DNA of 64,000 nt from an uncultured Verrucomicrobiae bacterium (lineage in GTDB: Bacteria > Verrucomicrobiota > Verrucomicrobiia > Chthoniobacterales > UBA10450). The position numbers were made by a program, and so were the translations under genes. The stretch is taken from NCBI GenBank assembly GCA_963751725.1, contig CAVVVQ010000022.1, positions 99,344 through 163,343 of the forward strand, written 5' to 3'. Positions 42,202 to 54,240 of the stretch are shown here, in pieces (position 1 is the first letter of the stretch; each line of letters opens with the position of its first letter). The notes under the pieces are model-generated. The model was not told the origin of the DNA, made no database searches, and was given only the letters and a program-made list of their open reading frames with translations.

Positions 42202-43285
42202 ATGGCGAGACGCGGAAATTCTGTCGTTGGGATCGATTTCGGAAAACATGTCTTCAAGGGAGTCGTACTCCAGCGAAAGGGTGACGATCGATTTGTCCTG
42301 ACCAACTACGCTTCTCGAGAAGTTCCGGAGGACCTCGCTACTCCCGACGACCTCGCTCAGCAGCTCAAGCTTCTGTTCAAGGATCTCGGAGCCAGCACCA
42401 AAGGCTTGTGCCATCGCGGTTTCCGATCCCGAATCGCTCCTCCGAATCATCGAACAGCCCAATACTCCAATCGATCTTTTGCGCAACGCCTTGAGACTCA
42501 ATGGCCTCATGGTCCTGAACCAGGAATGCAAGGATTTCGTCCTCGACTGCGCGCCGCTGGCCCCGGAGAGCGCAAATGCTCTGGCTACCGCCGGATCCAG
42601 CGAAGACGGCTCTGCCGCTCCGACTCCGCCTCAAATGGAGACGCCAAGACAAAATATCTCGTCGGTGGAATGCTGCGGCCGACGGTAAAACAGATTTCCG
42701 AAGCCTGCAGCAAGTCGCGAGTCTCGGCCGAAATTCTTCAGCTCGCGCCGGTTTGTTCGTTCAATGCGTTCGAGTTCGCCTATCCGGACACATTCGCCAA
42801 AGAAGCGTTCCTGCTTCTCGACATGGGCCATTTGCAGAGCACGGTGATGATTGGCAGCCGAAGGGAACTCGTCCTCGTTCGCAGCATCGAGCTACGGCGG
42901 CAAGGAACTGATTCACGCCCTAACCGCTGATGGCGCGCTCGATCAAAAGGCAGCGCGCGTCATGATGCAGGAGGGCGATGCCGGCATGGCCGAAATTTGC
43001 CGGACTTCGCTGGGCCGCCTGGCCACCGAAGTTCGAAACTCGATCGGCTTTTTTGAAGGACAACACGAGCAAAACATTCATCGGATCTTCGTATCCGGCG
43101 GTCTCGCCCGCACCGAGACGATTCTCCAGACGCTAAGCGACGAACTTGGATTGCCCTGCGAAATCTGGGATCCTCTCGAGACCTGTGAGGTGGCCTTGCC
43201 GCCCGCAAAACGCCAGGCGCTGCCGCATGAATTTGTCTCACTTAATGTCGCATGCGGCGCGGCGTTTGAATATCTCAGAAACTAG
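42202..43285 (+). CDS. pilM: PilM-like type IV pilus assembly ATPase-fold protein (frame switches)
   Basis: Actin-like fold pattern: VVGIDFGKHVFKGVVLQ.., LLLDMGHLQSTVMIG.., IEYGGKELIHAL.., RIFVSGGLARTETILQTLSDELGLPCEIWDPL. Confidence 0.7.
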
Positions 43286-43291
43286 CTGCGC

Positions 43292-43946
43292 ATGGCACTT
43301 CATCTCAATCTCCTCCACGAGGAGATCCTGGAACAGCGACAGCGGCAGCGCGATCCTCTCAAGATCGGCATGATGGTCTTGGGCGCGCTCGGGGCGATCC
43401 TGTTTATCTATTACATGTGGAACGCCTATCGAACGCTGGAAATCCGCAACCGGCTTAACGCAGTGCAGAAGGACTGGAGCAAGGTTGAAACGAACGTCAC
43501 TGCAGCTCAAAAACGCTCTGCCGAACTGACCAGCACCATCGGCACAACCAAGGTGCTCGATGGAATGATCGATAGCTCGGTTCTTCTGGGCGCCGTTCCT
43601 CGAAAAACTTTCCCGATGCGTCGCCCCAAACGCGCAGGTCACCAGCTTGGATGGAACGGTCGGCGAAGACAACAAAGCTGTCAGTGTCATGATTGAAGGA
43701 ATGGCCTCTGGCCGCGAACCGCGTGCCGCGGCCGAAGAACTCCGCCAACTGTTGATTGAACAGCTGGGTCAAAGTTACAGAGACGTGAAGGTCGAGTTCA
43801 AGACCCTCGAAGATCTCGACACAATCGTGAATATCAGCGGCACGAACATGCCTATGGCACGATTCGGCTTGAGCATGACCTTCACTCCGGCACCCCCCGC
43901 TCCCAAGAGTACCACACGCTGCTCCAACCCGGCTTCAAAGAAATGA
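43292..43946 (+). CDS. pilN: PilN-like (fimbrial assembly) bitopic membrane protein (frame switch ~43560)
   Basis: LNLLHEEILEQRQRQRDPLKIGMMVLGALGAILFIYY is the PilN-type N-terminus with a single TM helix. It sits directly after pilM. Confidence 0.55.
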
Positions 43947-44515
43947 CGATAGCTCAATCTAAGAAAGATCAGATCCAGAAGCTCGCACTTAGCGCAATGG
44001 GCTTCGTTGTCTTGCTCTACGTGTACTTCAGTTTTTTCCTCGGGCCACTCAATGCGAGCCGGAACACGATGTTGATGACCATCGAAGACTTGCAAGGCAA
44101 ACTCGGCAGTTCCAGGAGCTGAAATGACGAAGGCCACCAACCTCGAAAAGCAAGCCAGCGCCGCAACAACGCGCTTTGCCGCCCTAAAGACATTGAGCCC
44201 GGAAGGCGCGCCGATCGCGTGGTTTCCACCGCGCATGAAAGCCTTTTTTGCCCGCCAGCAGATCGACAAAGCCACCACACGCCTTGAGAACAGTGCCCCA
44301 TTCAAAGAGCCAGAGCTCTCCGGGTGGACGCAATACAATTGGGCTGTTCGATCTGCCGCAGACGGATTTTGCTGTCCTCGGAAATGCAGTCGCCGAGCTC
44401 GAAAACGCCGAGCCGCTTCTAACGATTCGACGCATTAATATTCACTCGGCTGCCGGATGATCCTCAATTTCAACAGGTCACGCTGAACGCCGCGACTGCC
44501 ATGCTGAAACGATGA
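43942..44515 (+). CDS. pilO: PilO-like pilus assembly protein (frame switches)
   Basis: The ATG overlaps the pilN stop (ATGA 43942-43946). It has one TM helix (LALSAMGFVVLLYVYFSFFLGPL) followed by a coiled region. The call rests mainly on position and topology. Confidence 0.45.
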
Positions 44516-44920
44516 AAACACTCCTGACTATCTCTCTTTTGAGTCTTGTTGGCTTCAGTGTCGTTCGGGCAGACGATGCGCCTGTCGATCACTTTGAAGA
44601 ACAAATCGGGCTTCAACATGGACGCGAGCGGCCGTAACCCATTCTGGCCAATCGGCTGGAAGCCGGTCGCAAAAGTGAGCAACAAGGCGGATGCAGGCGG
44701 CCCTGAGATCCAACCTACTGCATTTGTTGTTAGTTCAATAACGCTTGGTAGGGGAGAACGTTTTGCCATCATCAACGGCAAAACGATGCAGGAAGGTCAG
44801 CAGTTTGGCCTGCAAGTCGGAACTCAAACTTATCAGCTGACAGTCAAGACCATCGAGGACGGCCAGGTCATTTTGTCACGTCGCGATCAGGAAATCACTG
44901 TCCCACTCCGCCGAAAATAA
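44512..44920 (+). CDS. PilP-like small secreted/lipoprotein component (frame switch ~44560)
   Basis: The ATG overlaps the upstream stop (ATGA 44512-44515). The signal is MKTLLTISLLSLVGFS. The C-terminus reads ..AIINGKTMQEGQQFGLQVGTQTYQLTVKTIEDGQVIL, as in PilP-like beta domains. Confidence 0.4.
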
Positions 44921-44951
44921 GCGGAACGGCAGCCGCCGTGCCACATCGGCA

Positions 44952-45917
44952 CTAAATGGGCCTGAAGAACGGCTGGTGCTCCCTCACCCGCTTCTCCAAC
45001 GTGGCTCGGAGACGCACTCTTGGATCCTTTGAATGCGGCGTGGACGCTAAAGCCACACACAGACGAACCATATTCGCATAGTCATCAATCGAAACATGTT
45101 CGCATTGGATCGTGCCATCCAAGGCGCAGTTGTGATAATTCCCCAAGCCAATGCTGGCGGCAACGGCTCGATACCCATAAAGCTGGTAAGCGGTTGCTTC
45201 GCACGATCCACCATCCAGTAAGCAACGTTGGACCGGAATATCGTGGGCCGCAGCGATCTCCATCACTCGAGCAGTCTCGACACTGTCAAAGATAGAAAGA
45301 CGGTCCCCTACCCTGACGATTGGTCCGTTTCCCATCATCGGCTCCTCCCTTCGGGACGCTCGTTTCCAAGGAGAGTATGATCACGCCTTTGGCAGCAATC
45401 CGGATCGCGCAAGTTGAATGGCTCCCCAAAAACCAACCTCTTCCGCGCGAGTAAAAATCCCAAGACAATGCGCATTCGCCTTTGTCGCATCTAATTCTCT
45501 GAAAGCGACAAATGATCTCGGCGCACCCCATCAGATCATCACAGGCACGCGAATGGATCTGGCCATCCTTGAACTCGAACGCCGGCAGATCCCACATCGC
45601 AAGATCACCAAATTCGCGTCTGCTTTGGATTGGCCAGAAAACGTTCCGGCACATTGCCAAGGAATCGCCACTCCCCGGTCTTGGTGCGGACCCATCCTGG
45701 GTGATCCATATGAGCTGCAAACGCCCAACGAGGCCGTTGCTGGCGTCCCCTTTTGATAACGCGCGATCACATTGCCGAACTTGTCGTGCGTTATCTTGAC
45801 GTTCCCGCACGTCTCTAGCTCGGCGACAATCGCGTCCCGGACCGCCGTCTCGCGAAATGGTGCGGTCGGCTGTTCTTGCAAGCGGCGAATAACCCGCAAA
45901 AGTTCGTCGCGTCGCAT
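44952..45917 (-). CDS. M42/M20-type metallopeptidase-like hydrolase (frame switches)
   Basis: N-terminus: LLRVIRRLQEQPTAPFRETAVRDAIVAELE..ITHDKFGNVIA. Middle: SRACDDLMGCAEII. C-terminus: GNGPIVRVGDRLSIFD..LLDGGSCEATAY..IGLGNYHN. Confidence 0.5.
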
Positions 45918-45920
45918 TAT

Positions 45921-47971
45921 TTAGACACTGCTCGGTTCTACCTGCGCGAGCGGCACATATTCGCTTTCATTCAAAACTATGCGCTTCGTTCCGCGTAGAA
46001 GCCGATACCATTCAAAAACGCTACCAGCAACGATTAGAAAGACGAGGGCGACAAACCCGAGAGCTACGATCGCGTCGAATCTCCAGATAGCGGCCTGCCG
46101 GATCATTTCGGCACCTTTAACGGGATCGGTTACCGTGCCGGCAGTCCTAACCAACGCGTCTGCTCCGCTCAGAAACCCCAGCTTCGGATCCGTTGAAAAA
46201 ACTTTGAGATAAGCGGCGCTAAAAGTAACCGAACACATTAAGACAAAGTGGCGCCACGGTAACGAACAGGTATCGAATCTTCTGCATCTTGATCAGAATC
46301 GTTGTTCCGAGACAGAGAGCGATGACGGAGAGCAATTGATTCGCCAATCCGAAGAGCGGCCAGAGACTGTTAATTCCTCCAAGCGGATCGATTACCCCTT
46401 GATAGAGAAACCAACCCCACGCCGCCACGAGGAGGACGCTCGAAAAAAGATTGGCTACCCACGACTTGCGTATTGCCTAACGGACGCCAAAGGTTTCCCA
46501 AAGCATCCTGTAAAAGGAACCGGCCGACCCGCGTTCCTGCGTCGATCGTAGTCAGGATAAAAAGCGCCTCGAACATAATGGCAAAGTGATACCAAAGGGC
46601 CAAAGCGGTTGGGCTCGAAGAAACCCGCGAAAACATGTGCGCCATTCCCACAGCAAAAGTGGGCGCTCCCCCAGCACGCCCAAACATTGTTTTCTCACCA
46701 AGATCGCTGGCAAGCTTTTCCATGCTTTCCGTCGTGACCGGAAATCCGGCAGTTGAAACCCTCTCCACCACTTCGGTGGGCGTGCCCTTGACGTTGATCG
46801 CAAAATATTCACCTGGTTGCAGGACACACGCCGCAATCATCGCCATCAAGGCTACCATCATTTCGGTCACCATGGCTCCGTAGCCGATGTCGCGAATACG
46901 CGATTCGCGTCCAATCATTTTGGGAGTGGTTCCGGAAGCGATCAGCGAATGGAATCCGGAGACCGCTCCGCAAGCAATCGTAATGCAGACAAAGGGAAAG
47001 ACCGGGCCTGCGAAGATCAAGCCGGTGCCATCGACGAAGCGTGTTAACGCCGGCATCTGCAACGTCGGATGAATTAGGATCACAGCCAGGGCCAGCGCGG
47101 CCACAGTTCCGAGTTTCAAAAACGTGCTGAGATAATCACGCGGCGTTAACAACATCCAGACCGGGAGGATCGACGCCGCGAGGCCATAAATCATGATCGC
47201 CCACGCCAGCGACTTTTGGTCGTAGCGAAACCATGCCTCGATGTGCGGATAATCCGCCAGAAACTGCCCACCCCAAACCCCCAGGCCTAATCCGATCAAT
47301 CCAAAAATGGTCACCGCGCAGGACGCTGACTTTTCCGCTGCGCAAGACCGAAACCCATGATCAGGGCCACCGGGATGGTCGTCGCGATGGTGAACACGCC
47401 CCACGGACTGCTAGCCAGCGCTTGCACCACGACCAACGCCAATACGGCAAGCAAGATCACCATGATTGCCAAGACACTGATCAATGCGAGCGCACCAATA
47501 CCTCGTCCAATTTCCTCTTTGACCATCTGGCCAAGCGTTTTTCCACCCCGACGAACGGAAGCGAAAAGCACAATCATGTCGTGCACGCCGCCACCAAGCG
47601 TGGCGCCAATCAGAATCCAAAGCGTCCCTGGCAGGAAACCAAACTGCGCGGCCAGCACCGGGCCGACCAGTGGACCGGGCCCGGCGATCGCCGCAAAATG
47701 ATGTCCGAAAACCATCCAGCGACTCGTCGGGACGAAATCTTTTCCATCATTCTGAACAACCGCGGGAGTAGCTCGCTCATCGTTCAGTACCAGCACCTTT
47801 GCCGCTAGCCATTTGCTGTAAAAACGATAGCTGATGGCAAATGCGCATAACCCAGCAGCGACGATCCAAAGCGCGCTAATTTGTTCGCCGCGCGAAAGCG
47901 CCAGGACCGCCACCGCCACCAGACCAAAGAGACTGATCGCAACTCCAAACCAGTTTTTTCCAAATATTCAT
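45921..47971 (-). CDS. cstA: Carbon starvation protein CstA (peptide/pyruvate transporter family), about 4 frame switches
   Basis: Motifs found: [60 protein letters not shown], and many TM helices. The ATG at 47971 (MNIWKK) joins [11 protein letters not shown] only if the T6 run at 47954-59 is one base longer. Confidence 0.8.
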
Positions 47972-48108
47972 CAATTGAATCTCACGCCGACCAATGAGAT
48001 TTTAGGCGAAACCAAGGTGCACTGACAACTGGAACAGACTGTGTAACCATTCTAGTTCGTCCACCTGAGGGAGCATCGAACCTTCTCCGAGTGGTTTTCA
48101 TCCCGATC

Positions 48109-48772
48109 ATGGAGCTTTCCGACAAACTCAAGAAAGTATTGACTGGTGACGCTTATGCCAGTGCGCGGCGTCATATTAAACAGGCACTGGTCGGCCGCGC
48201 GCCGCTGCGGCTTCGACGCGGCCCGCATTACCAAGACGATCGACCGCGGAAAAGTTCCGTCAAGTCTATCAACGCCATGCAGTGACAGGATCCAGGGGAC
48301 GCATGGCCCAAGTATCTCGACATCGAGATATGGATGGAAATCAATCTTCGGCGCGTTCGCGATCTGGGCTCGACCTGGGCGAAGCGAAAGCGAGTTCTCG
48401 ATATCGGCTGCGGCACCGGCTATTTCCTCTACATCTGCCAATATCTCGGTCACGACGCGCTCGGAATCGATATCGATGAGGAACCCGGATTTCGCGAAAT
48501 GATCGAACTGCTCGGCGTGAAGCGGAAAATCTGGCGAATCGAAGCCTATCAACCCCTGCCCGACTTGGGTCCAAAATTTGATGTGATCACGGCCCACATG
48601 ATCTGTTTCAACGGCCACAAGAGCTGCCAAGCTATGGCAAATCCCAGAATGGGAATTTTTCCTGACGATTTGGCGGACAAACACCTCCAGCCCGGCGGAC
48701 AAGATCTGCCTGGAACTAAATCGAGAATACGACGGCTCGCTCTACACTCCGGAACTGAAGCGATTATTTTGA
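48109..48772 (+). CDS. Class I SAM-dependent methyltransferase (frame switches; 3' end uncertain)
   Basis: Motif I is VLDIGCGTGYFLYICQYLGHDALGIDIDE, followed by FDVITAHMICFN. The N-terminus MELSDKLKKVL lies in ORF 48091... Confidence 0.5.
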
Positions 48773-48810
48773 GGCCCGCGGCGCCGAAATACACACCCAA
48801 CGCGTCCTTT

Positions 48811-51485
48811 TCAATCCAATGCGGCCCGCGCCTTCCGCATCTGCGCAAGCTGGTCGCTGAAATCGATTTTGCGCTGCCGATGTTCCTCGACAACTGCCGG
48901 CGGCGCTTTGTCCACAAACGATGAGTTCGCCAGCTTCGCCTCGACGGTTCGAAGTTCGTTCTCGAGTCTCGCGATTTCCTTATCGAGTCGATCACGTTCG
49001 GCGGCTTTGTCGCCTCCGCTAATCAGAAGATAAAGTTCACCAAGCGGCGTAACGGCCAATGGAACGCCAGCCTCGGCTTGAAATTTCGGATCAAGTTTCA
49101 ATTCCTCCGCATTCAGCAAGCGAGCGATTGTGGGAAGCTCACTCTCCTGCATATCGGGCGCCGGCCGCAGAACAAACCGCGCTTTCTTGTTCGACGGAAT
49201 TCGCGAGGTGGCGCGGAGATTTCGGCCAGCTAAGATTGTCTCATAAACCTTCGCCACAGCTGCCCTCGCGTCGCGAATTGACGACGTCGAGCGAAGGAAA
49301 TACCGGTCCAGGCAGCGGCGCAAATTGGATCGAAGGCTCTTTAATTCCGTGATCGCCTTGTGCCGAATCCGAACACAGACCATAGTTCTTCCGTGATATG
49401 CGGCATGAATGGATGAAGCAACCGCAGAAAACCAGACAGAACAAAATCCATAACCGCCAAGACGGATTTCTTGCGCGCCTCGTCATTTCCGAAAATCTCG
49501 GTTTTAGCGGCTTCGATGAACCAGTCGCAATAATCGCTCCAGAAGAAATCGTAAAGCCGCTGGGCAATCTCATTGAATCGGTACTCGCGATAGGCCGACT
49601 CCGAGCGCAGCAATCAAGCTCATCGAAACGCGCAAGAACTTCGATCGAATAAATGGAAAGCTCGTGTTCAGCCAAGCGTGGCTGTTGCCTCGCTGGGCCC
49701 ATGCATCTGCCGAAACCGCGCGGCATTCCAAAGTTTCGTCGCGAAATTGCGCCCTTCCTCAATTTGTTTTTCATCGAAGGCAATGTCTTGCCCACTGGGT
49801 GCGATTCGCATCAGACCAAATCGCAAACCGTCGGCTCCGTACTTTCGCGATCAAGTCAAGCGGATCGGGCGAGTTACCTAACGATTTCGACATCTTGCGT
49901 CCCTGCTTATCGCGAATGAGCCCGGTAAAAAAGACATCGCGGAACGGAATGTTGTCTTCGATTTTTTCCGAGTCGACCGGGCTTGAATTCCAACCCGGCG
50001 ATGATCATTCGCGCGACCCAGAAAAAGATGATGTCCGGTGCGGTGACCAGGACAGAGGTCGGATAAAATTTCCGTCGCGTTTCCGCGTCCATCGTCTCGT
50101 AAGCCCAAAGCCACGACGAAAACCACGTATCCAACGTATCCGGATCCTGTTCCCAGTTTTCGGCATCCGGCGGCGGTTCAAGCCCAACATAGATTTTCAT
50201 CTTCACTCCGGTTTCCGATTTCCGGTACCAAGCCGGTATTCGATGTCCCCACCAAATTTGCCGGCTGATGCACCAGTCCTGAATGTTTTCGAGCCATTGC
50301 GCGTAAACCTTTTCCCAATGCGCGAGGAAAGAACCGAATCAGATGATCGCGAACAACAGCTAGTGCCTCGTTAGTTTTCGGATAACGAAGAAACCATTGC
50401 TCGCTCAGTCGCGGTTCAATCGGAACTTCACTGCGCTCGCTAAAACCGACATTGTTTTCGTAGGGCTCTGTTTTGGAAAGCAAACCTTGTTCTTGCAGTA
50501 ATTCCCCGGCTTTCTTGCGCGCTTCAAATCGATCAAGGCCGTCCAACTCGGGTACAGCGGGGCAATTGATCTTCCCATCCGGATGCAGCACATCGATGAT
50601 CGGCAGGTTGTGCCGCTGCCCAATTTCAAAATCGATCTTGTCGTGCGCCGGCGTCACCTTCAACACGCCGGTTCCGAATTTCGGATCGATCGCGGCGTCG
50701 CCGACGATCGGTAGTTTTTCGCGCGCAAGCGGGCGCCATGCGTGCTTGCCAATCAGATTAGCATAGCGCGGATCATTCGGATGAACCGCTACTCCGGTAT
50801 CGGCCATGATCGTTTCCGGCCGGGTCGTCGCAACCTCCAGATAGCGACCCGGTTCTTCGACGATTTCGTAGCGAACGTAGTAAAGGCTCCCCTTCTGCGG
50901 TCTCGCGATAACTTCTTCATCCGACAAGCGCCGTTTGCGCCAGCTGGATCCCAATTGATCATTCGTCGTCCGCGATAAATCAGGCCCTTGCTGTAAAGAT
51001 CGACAAAAACTTTCTCGACGGCACGAACGTAATCGTCGTCGAAGGTGTAACGTTGGCGTGACCAATCGCAGGAACAACCCAGCCGCTTCAGTTGCTCAAT
51101 GATGATGCCGCCATGTTTGTCCTGCCAATCCAGGACACGCCGCAGAAATTCCTCCCGTCCGAGATCGTGGCGGTTTTCTTCTCGGTTTTCCGCAGATGCT
51201 TTTCGACCGCGGTCTGAGTTCCAACGCCGGCATGGTCGGTTCCGGGAAGCCAGAGAACCTCGAATCCCTGCATTCGTGCCCGACGCGCCAGAATGTCTTG
51301 AATCGTATTGTTCAGAACATGACCGAGCGTGAGAACGCCGGTAACGTTCGGCGGAGGAATTACGATGGAAAACGGCGGCTTGGACGAGTTGGCGTCCGCT
51401 CGAAAATCGCCGGATTCGAGCCAGCTGGGCATACCACTTTTGCTCGACCGCTGCCTGGTTCGTAGGTTTTCGACAATTCGGACAT
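48811..51485 (-). CDS. valS: Valine--tRNA ligase, fragmented into at least 8 frame segments
   Basis: N-terminus [37 protein letters not shown] (HIGH-type). Further motifs are [10 protein letters not shown] and [11 protein letters not shown]. The C-terminal coiled coil reads ..[33 protein letters not shown]... Confidence 0.85.
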
Positions 51486-51619
51486 CGCGAGGGAATGATG
51501 CGAGAGCGGGGCCGGATTGCAAAATGAAAACCTTTCGGGCCGTCCCGCTCCGCTTCCGACCTTGGCGGGGAGATCCCATTGTTCCCAGCTTGATCACGAG
51601 GGATATTACGATTACGAGC

Positions 51620-52735
51620 ATGGACATGTTCAAGGCAACGTGGTGCCGGATCGTCCTCTGGATTTTCCCGGTTTTTTTCCTCGGAAAAGCTGGGCTAGCC
51701 GAGGATTGGACGACCATCCAGCACAATGGTCGATCCTATGTCACCTTTGCCAATGTCGCTCGGTTCTACCGGTTCCCAGAATACAGACGAGTTAGCGGAT
51801 CCGTCTATCTCCGGAACGCGCAACGGTCTATCCGGGCCCAAACGGGGGCGGACGAATTCTCGATCAATGGTGTTCGATTCCTGGCTAATTTTCCGATTCT
51901 GACGCTGGGGGAAGACGATTTGGTCTCAACAACGGATCTAAACAAGATTATTGAGCCTGTGTTACGGCCCAGTCGCATTCCGAAACGAGAACCAATTGAA
52001 ACGATCATTCTTGATCCGGGTCATGGAGGTCACGATTCTGGCGCGCCAGGAACATTGGGACCGGAAAAAGAGTTTACTCTTGATGCTGCACTCGCCGCCA
52101 GGAAAGAACTAATCCACGCCGGCTACAGAGTTGAAATGACACGGGAGAGCGACATTGCCGTCTCGCTGGAGGATCGTGTTTCTTTCGCAAACAAATTTCC
52201 GCGAGCGATTTTTATCAGTATTCATTTCAACTGGTCACCGGGAGGAGTCGGGCTGGAAAGTTACGCGCTGGCTCCGGAAGGCGTTCGATCGAACGCTTCA
52301 AGTGAGCACCATGCTTCATTCACGGGAACCGCTCGCCAGGCTGGAAATGCGCTTGATGCTCAAAACGTCGCATTAACTGCCGCTATCCACGCCTCCATTC
52401 TATCGAAATTGACTCTATTCGATCGCGGCGTTCGGCATGCGCGCTTCCACGTTTTACGCAACGTTACAATTCCCGCTGTCCTCCTCGAAGGCGGATTCTT
52501 GAGTGATCCTACCGAAGGAGAACGCATTTCGACACTGCAATTCCGAACTCAACTTGGCTCAGCCATTGCGCAGGGAATTCAGGCCTACAACACCGCCATA
52601 AATTACAAACCGGTTAAGAAAGTGGCCAAAACTAATCCGAATCCAGCCTCGACAACGTCCAACGCCGACCAATCGCCCGTGAAGAAAGTAACTGGCCCTT
52701 CCAATTCCGTTTCATCAAGTTCAGGATCGATCTAA
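51620..52735 (+). CDS. N-acetylmuramoyl-L-alanine amidase (Amidase_3) with an N-terminal AMIN-like domain
   Basis: Signal: [27 protein letters not shown]. Amidase_3 core: [58 protein letters not shown]. It is divergent from valS. Confidence 0.75.
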   Translation: MDMFKATWCRIVLWIFPVFFLGKAGLAEDWTTIQHNGRSYVTFANVARFYRFPEYRRVSGSVYLRNAQRSIRAQTGADEFSINGVRFLANFPILTLGEDDLVSTTDLNKIIEPVLRPSRIPKREPIETIILDPGHGGHDSGAPGTLGPEKEFTLDAALAARKELIHAGYRVEMTRESDIAVSLEDRVSFANKFPRAIFISIHFNWSPGGVGLESYALAPEGVRSNASSEHHASFTGTARQAGNALDAQNVALTAAIHASILSKLTLFDRGVRHARFHVLRNVTIPAVLLEGGFLSDPTEGERISTLQFRTQLGSAIAQGIQAYNTAINYKPVKKVAKTNPNPASTTSNADQSPVKKVTGPSNSVSSSSGSI

Positions 52736-52740
52736 CAATC

Positions 52741-53575
52741 ATGAGTAACGCTAATGTCGACAATTCGAGGCCAATCGGAATTTTTGATTCCGGGATTGGT
52801 GGACTTACGGTCGTGAGCGCGTTACGGGCCCTCCTGCCAAACGAGTCGATTTTTTACCTAGGGCGATACCGCCCGCGTCCCATACGGAGGAAAGAGTGCA
52901 ACGACGGTCCAACGATACAGTCTTGAGATAGCTGCACTGCTACTGGAGGAAAATGCCAAGAGCGTGGTGGTTGCCTGCAACACCGCGTCAGCCGTTGCGC
53001 TTCCACAACTTACCGAAAAAGTCCCCGTCACAGTGACAGGCGTCATTCAACCGGGTGCGCGAGCCGCGGCCGCAGCAACTCGTAGCGGACACGTAGGAGT
53101 CATTGGAACCAGAGCAACGATCAAAAGCGGTGCCTACGAGCGAGCGCTTCTGGCACTTAGTCCCGACATCCAAGTAACAGCCCGAGCGTGTCCTCTCCTG
53201 GTTCCATTGATCGAAGAGGGCTGGCTCGAACATCCGATTACCGATCAAATCATCATGCAATATCTCGAGCCCCTCTTGGCCGAAGGCATTGACACGCTTG
53301 TCCTGGGTTGCACACACTATCCGTTGCTGCGCAATGCCATGACGCGGCTCCTCGGCGATCGGGTCACCTTGGTCGATTCTGCACAGAACTGTGCCAGCGC
53401 TGTGCGCGAACTCCTAGAGCGTGAAGGATTAAGTGCCCCGGTAACAAACGAAAGCTATTTGCAGGTCACGTTAACCGATCGCCCAGACAATTTTCTGCGC
53501 GTTGCGCGCGAAGCGTTACAACTCGACATCGGAGACATAGAATTGCGTGAAGTGGCTCATCACGCCCACATATAA
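52741..53575 (+). CDS. murI: Glutamate racemase, two frame switches (~52860, ~52960)
   Basis: Motifs found: [21 protein letters not shown] (in another frame), VVACNTAS and [11 protein letters not shown]. Confidence 0.85.
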
Positions 53576-53591
53576 CTACACGTAATGATTA

Positions 53592-53606
53592 CTTCCGTTT
53601 CGGAAG
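53592..53606. terminator. Short hairpin between convergent murI and the yjbR-like gene (weak terminator candidate)
   Basis: cttccg-ttt-cggaag has a 6-bp stem and no clear U-tract. Confidence 0.25.
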
Positions 53607-53616
53607 CGATGTGAGG

Positions 53617-53968
53617 TTAGCCAACTTTTCCCGATAGACGCCTGGGTAAACTTTGCAGAACGAGCTCATAGGAATGATCAATCATCTTTCGGATCTCCGA
53701 TTCAGGGATTTCGCCGTCAAGTATCACAGTGTTCCAATGCCGTTTGTTCATGTGATAACCGGGACGTACCTGGTCATAGCGATCGCGTAATTCCAAGAGC
53801 AAGATCTGGATCGCACTTTAAATTGGCCGCCGGCGGCACTTCGTCGAGCGCGGCCAGAGCGAACATTTTACCTTCAACTTTGAAGACGAGATTGTCTGGT
53901 CCGAACGGAGTGGTTTCGCATGCTCCAGGTTTGCTCAAGCAGTACTCGCAAAAGGCTTCAATGTTCAA
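53617..53968 (-). CDS. MmcQ/YjbR-family protein (frame switch ~53790)
   Basis: N-terminal part: CEYCLSKPGACETTPFGPDNLVFKVEGKMFA. C-terminal part: RPGYHMNKRHWNTVILDG..IDHSYELV. A TTG start is proposed at 53968. Confidence 0.55.
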
Positions 53969-54240
53969 CTCGTTCCTCCACTCCTGATTCGATACGTGCG
54001 CACCGTTGCCAGCTACTCCATTGCGTTTAGGATATCGATTTCTGATTTGCTCCAAAAACTCACCTAACCTGAATTTGGAAAGAGATGGTGCGGCAGCGCT
54101 TTTCCACTTGTTATGGCAAGTTTGCGAACAGTCGAGCCAACCAAAACATCGAAAAGACCGTTCCCATGAATGTGAGCAAGCTCGTGTCGGATCGAAGTGA
54201 AACAACGCCTCCGAACCTCCGCGCAACAACGCAAACCATG

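Noticed and set aside
41959-42930. An apparent fusion ORF joining the C-terminus of the unknown protein to PilM
   Set aside because: The two halves belong to unrelated families. PilM has its own plausible ATG at 42202. The fusion most likely results from a lost stop or an indel near 42.1 kb.
48052-48702. Minus-strand ORF of 216 aa overlapping the methyltransferase locus
   Set aside because: The plus strand carries the SAM-binding motif VLDIGCGTGYF and downstream methyltransferase motifs. The minus ORF has no recognisable features.
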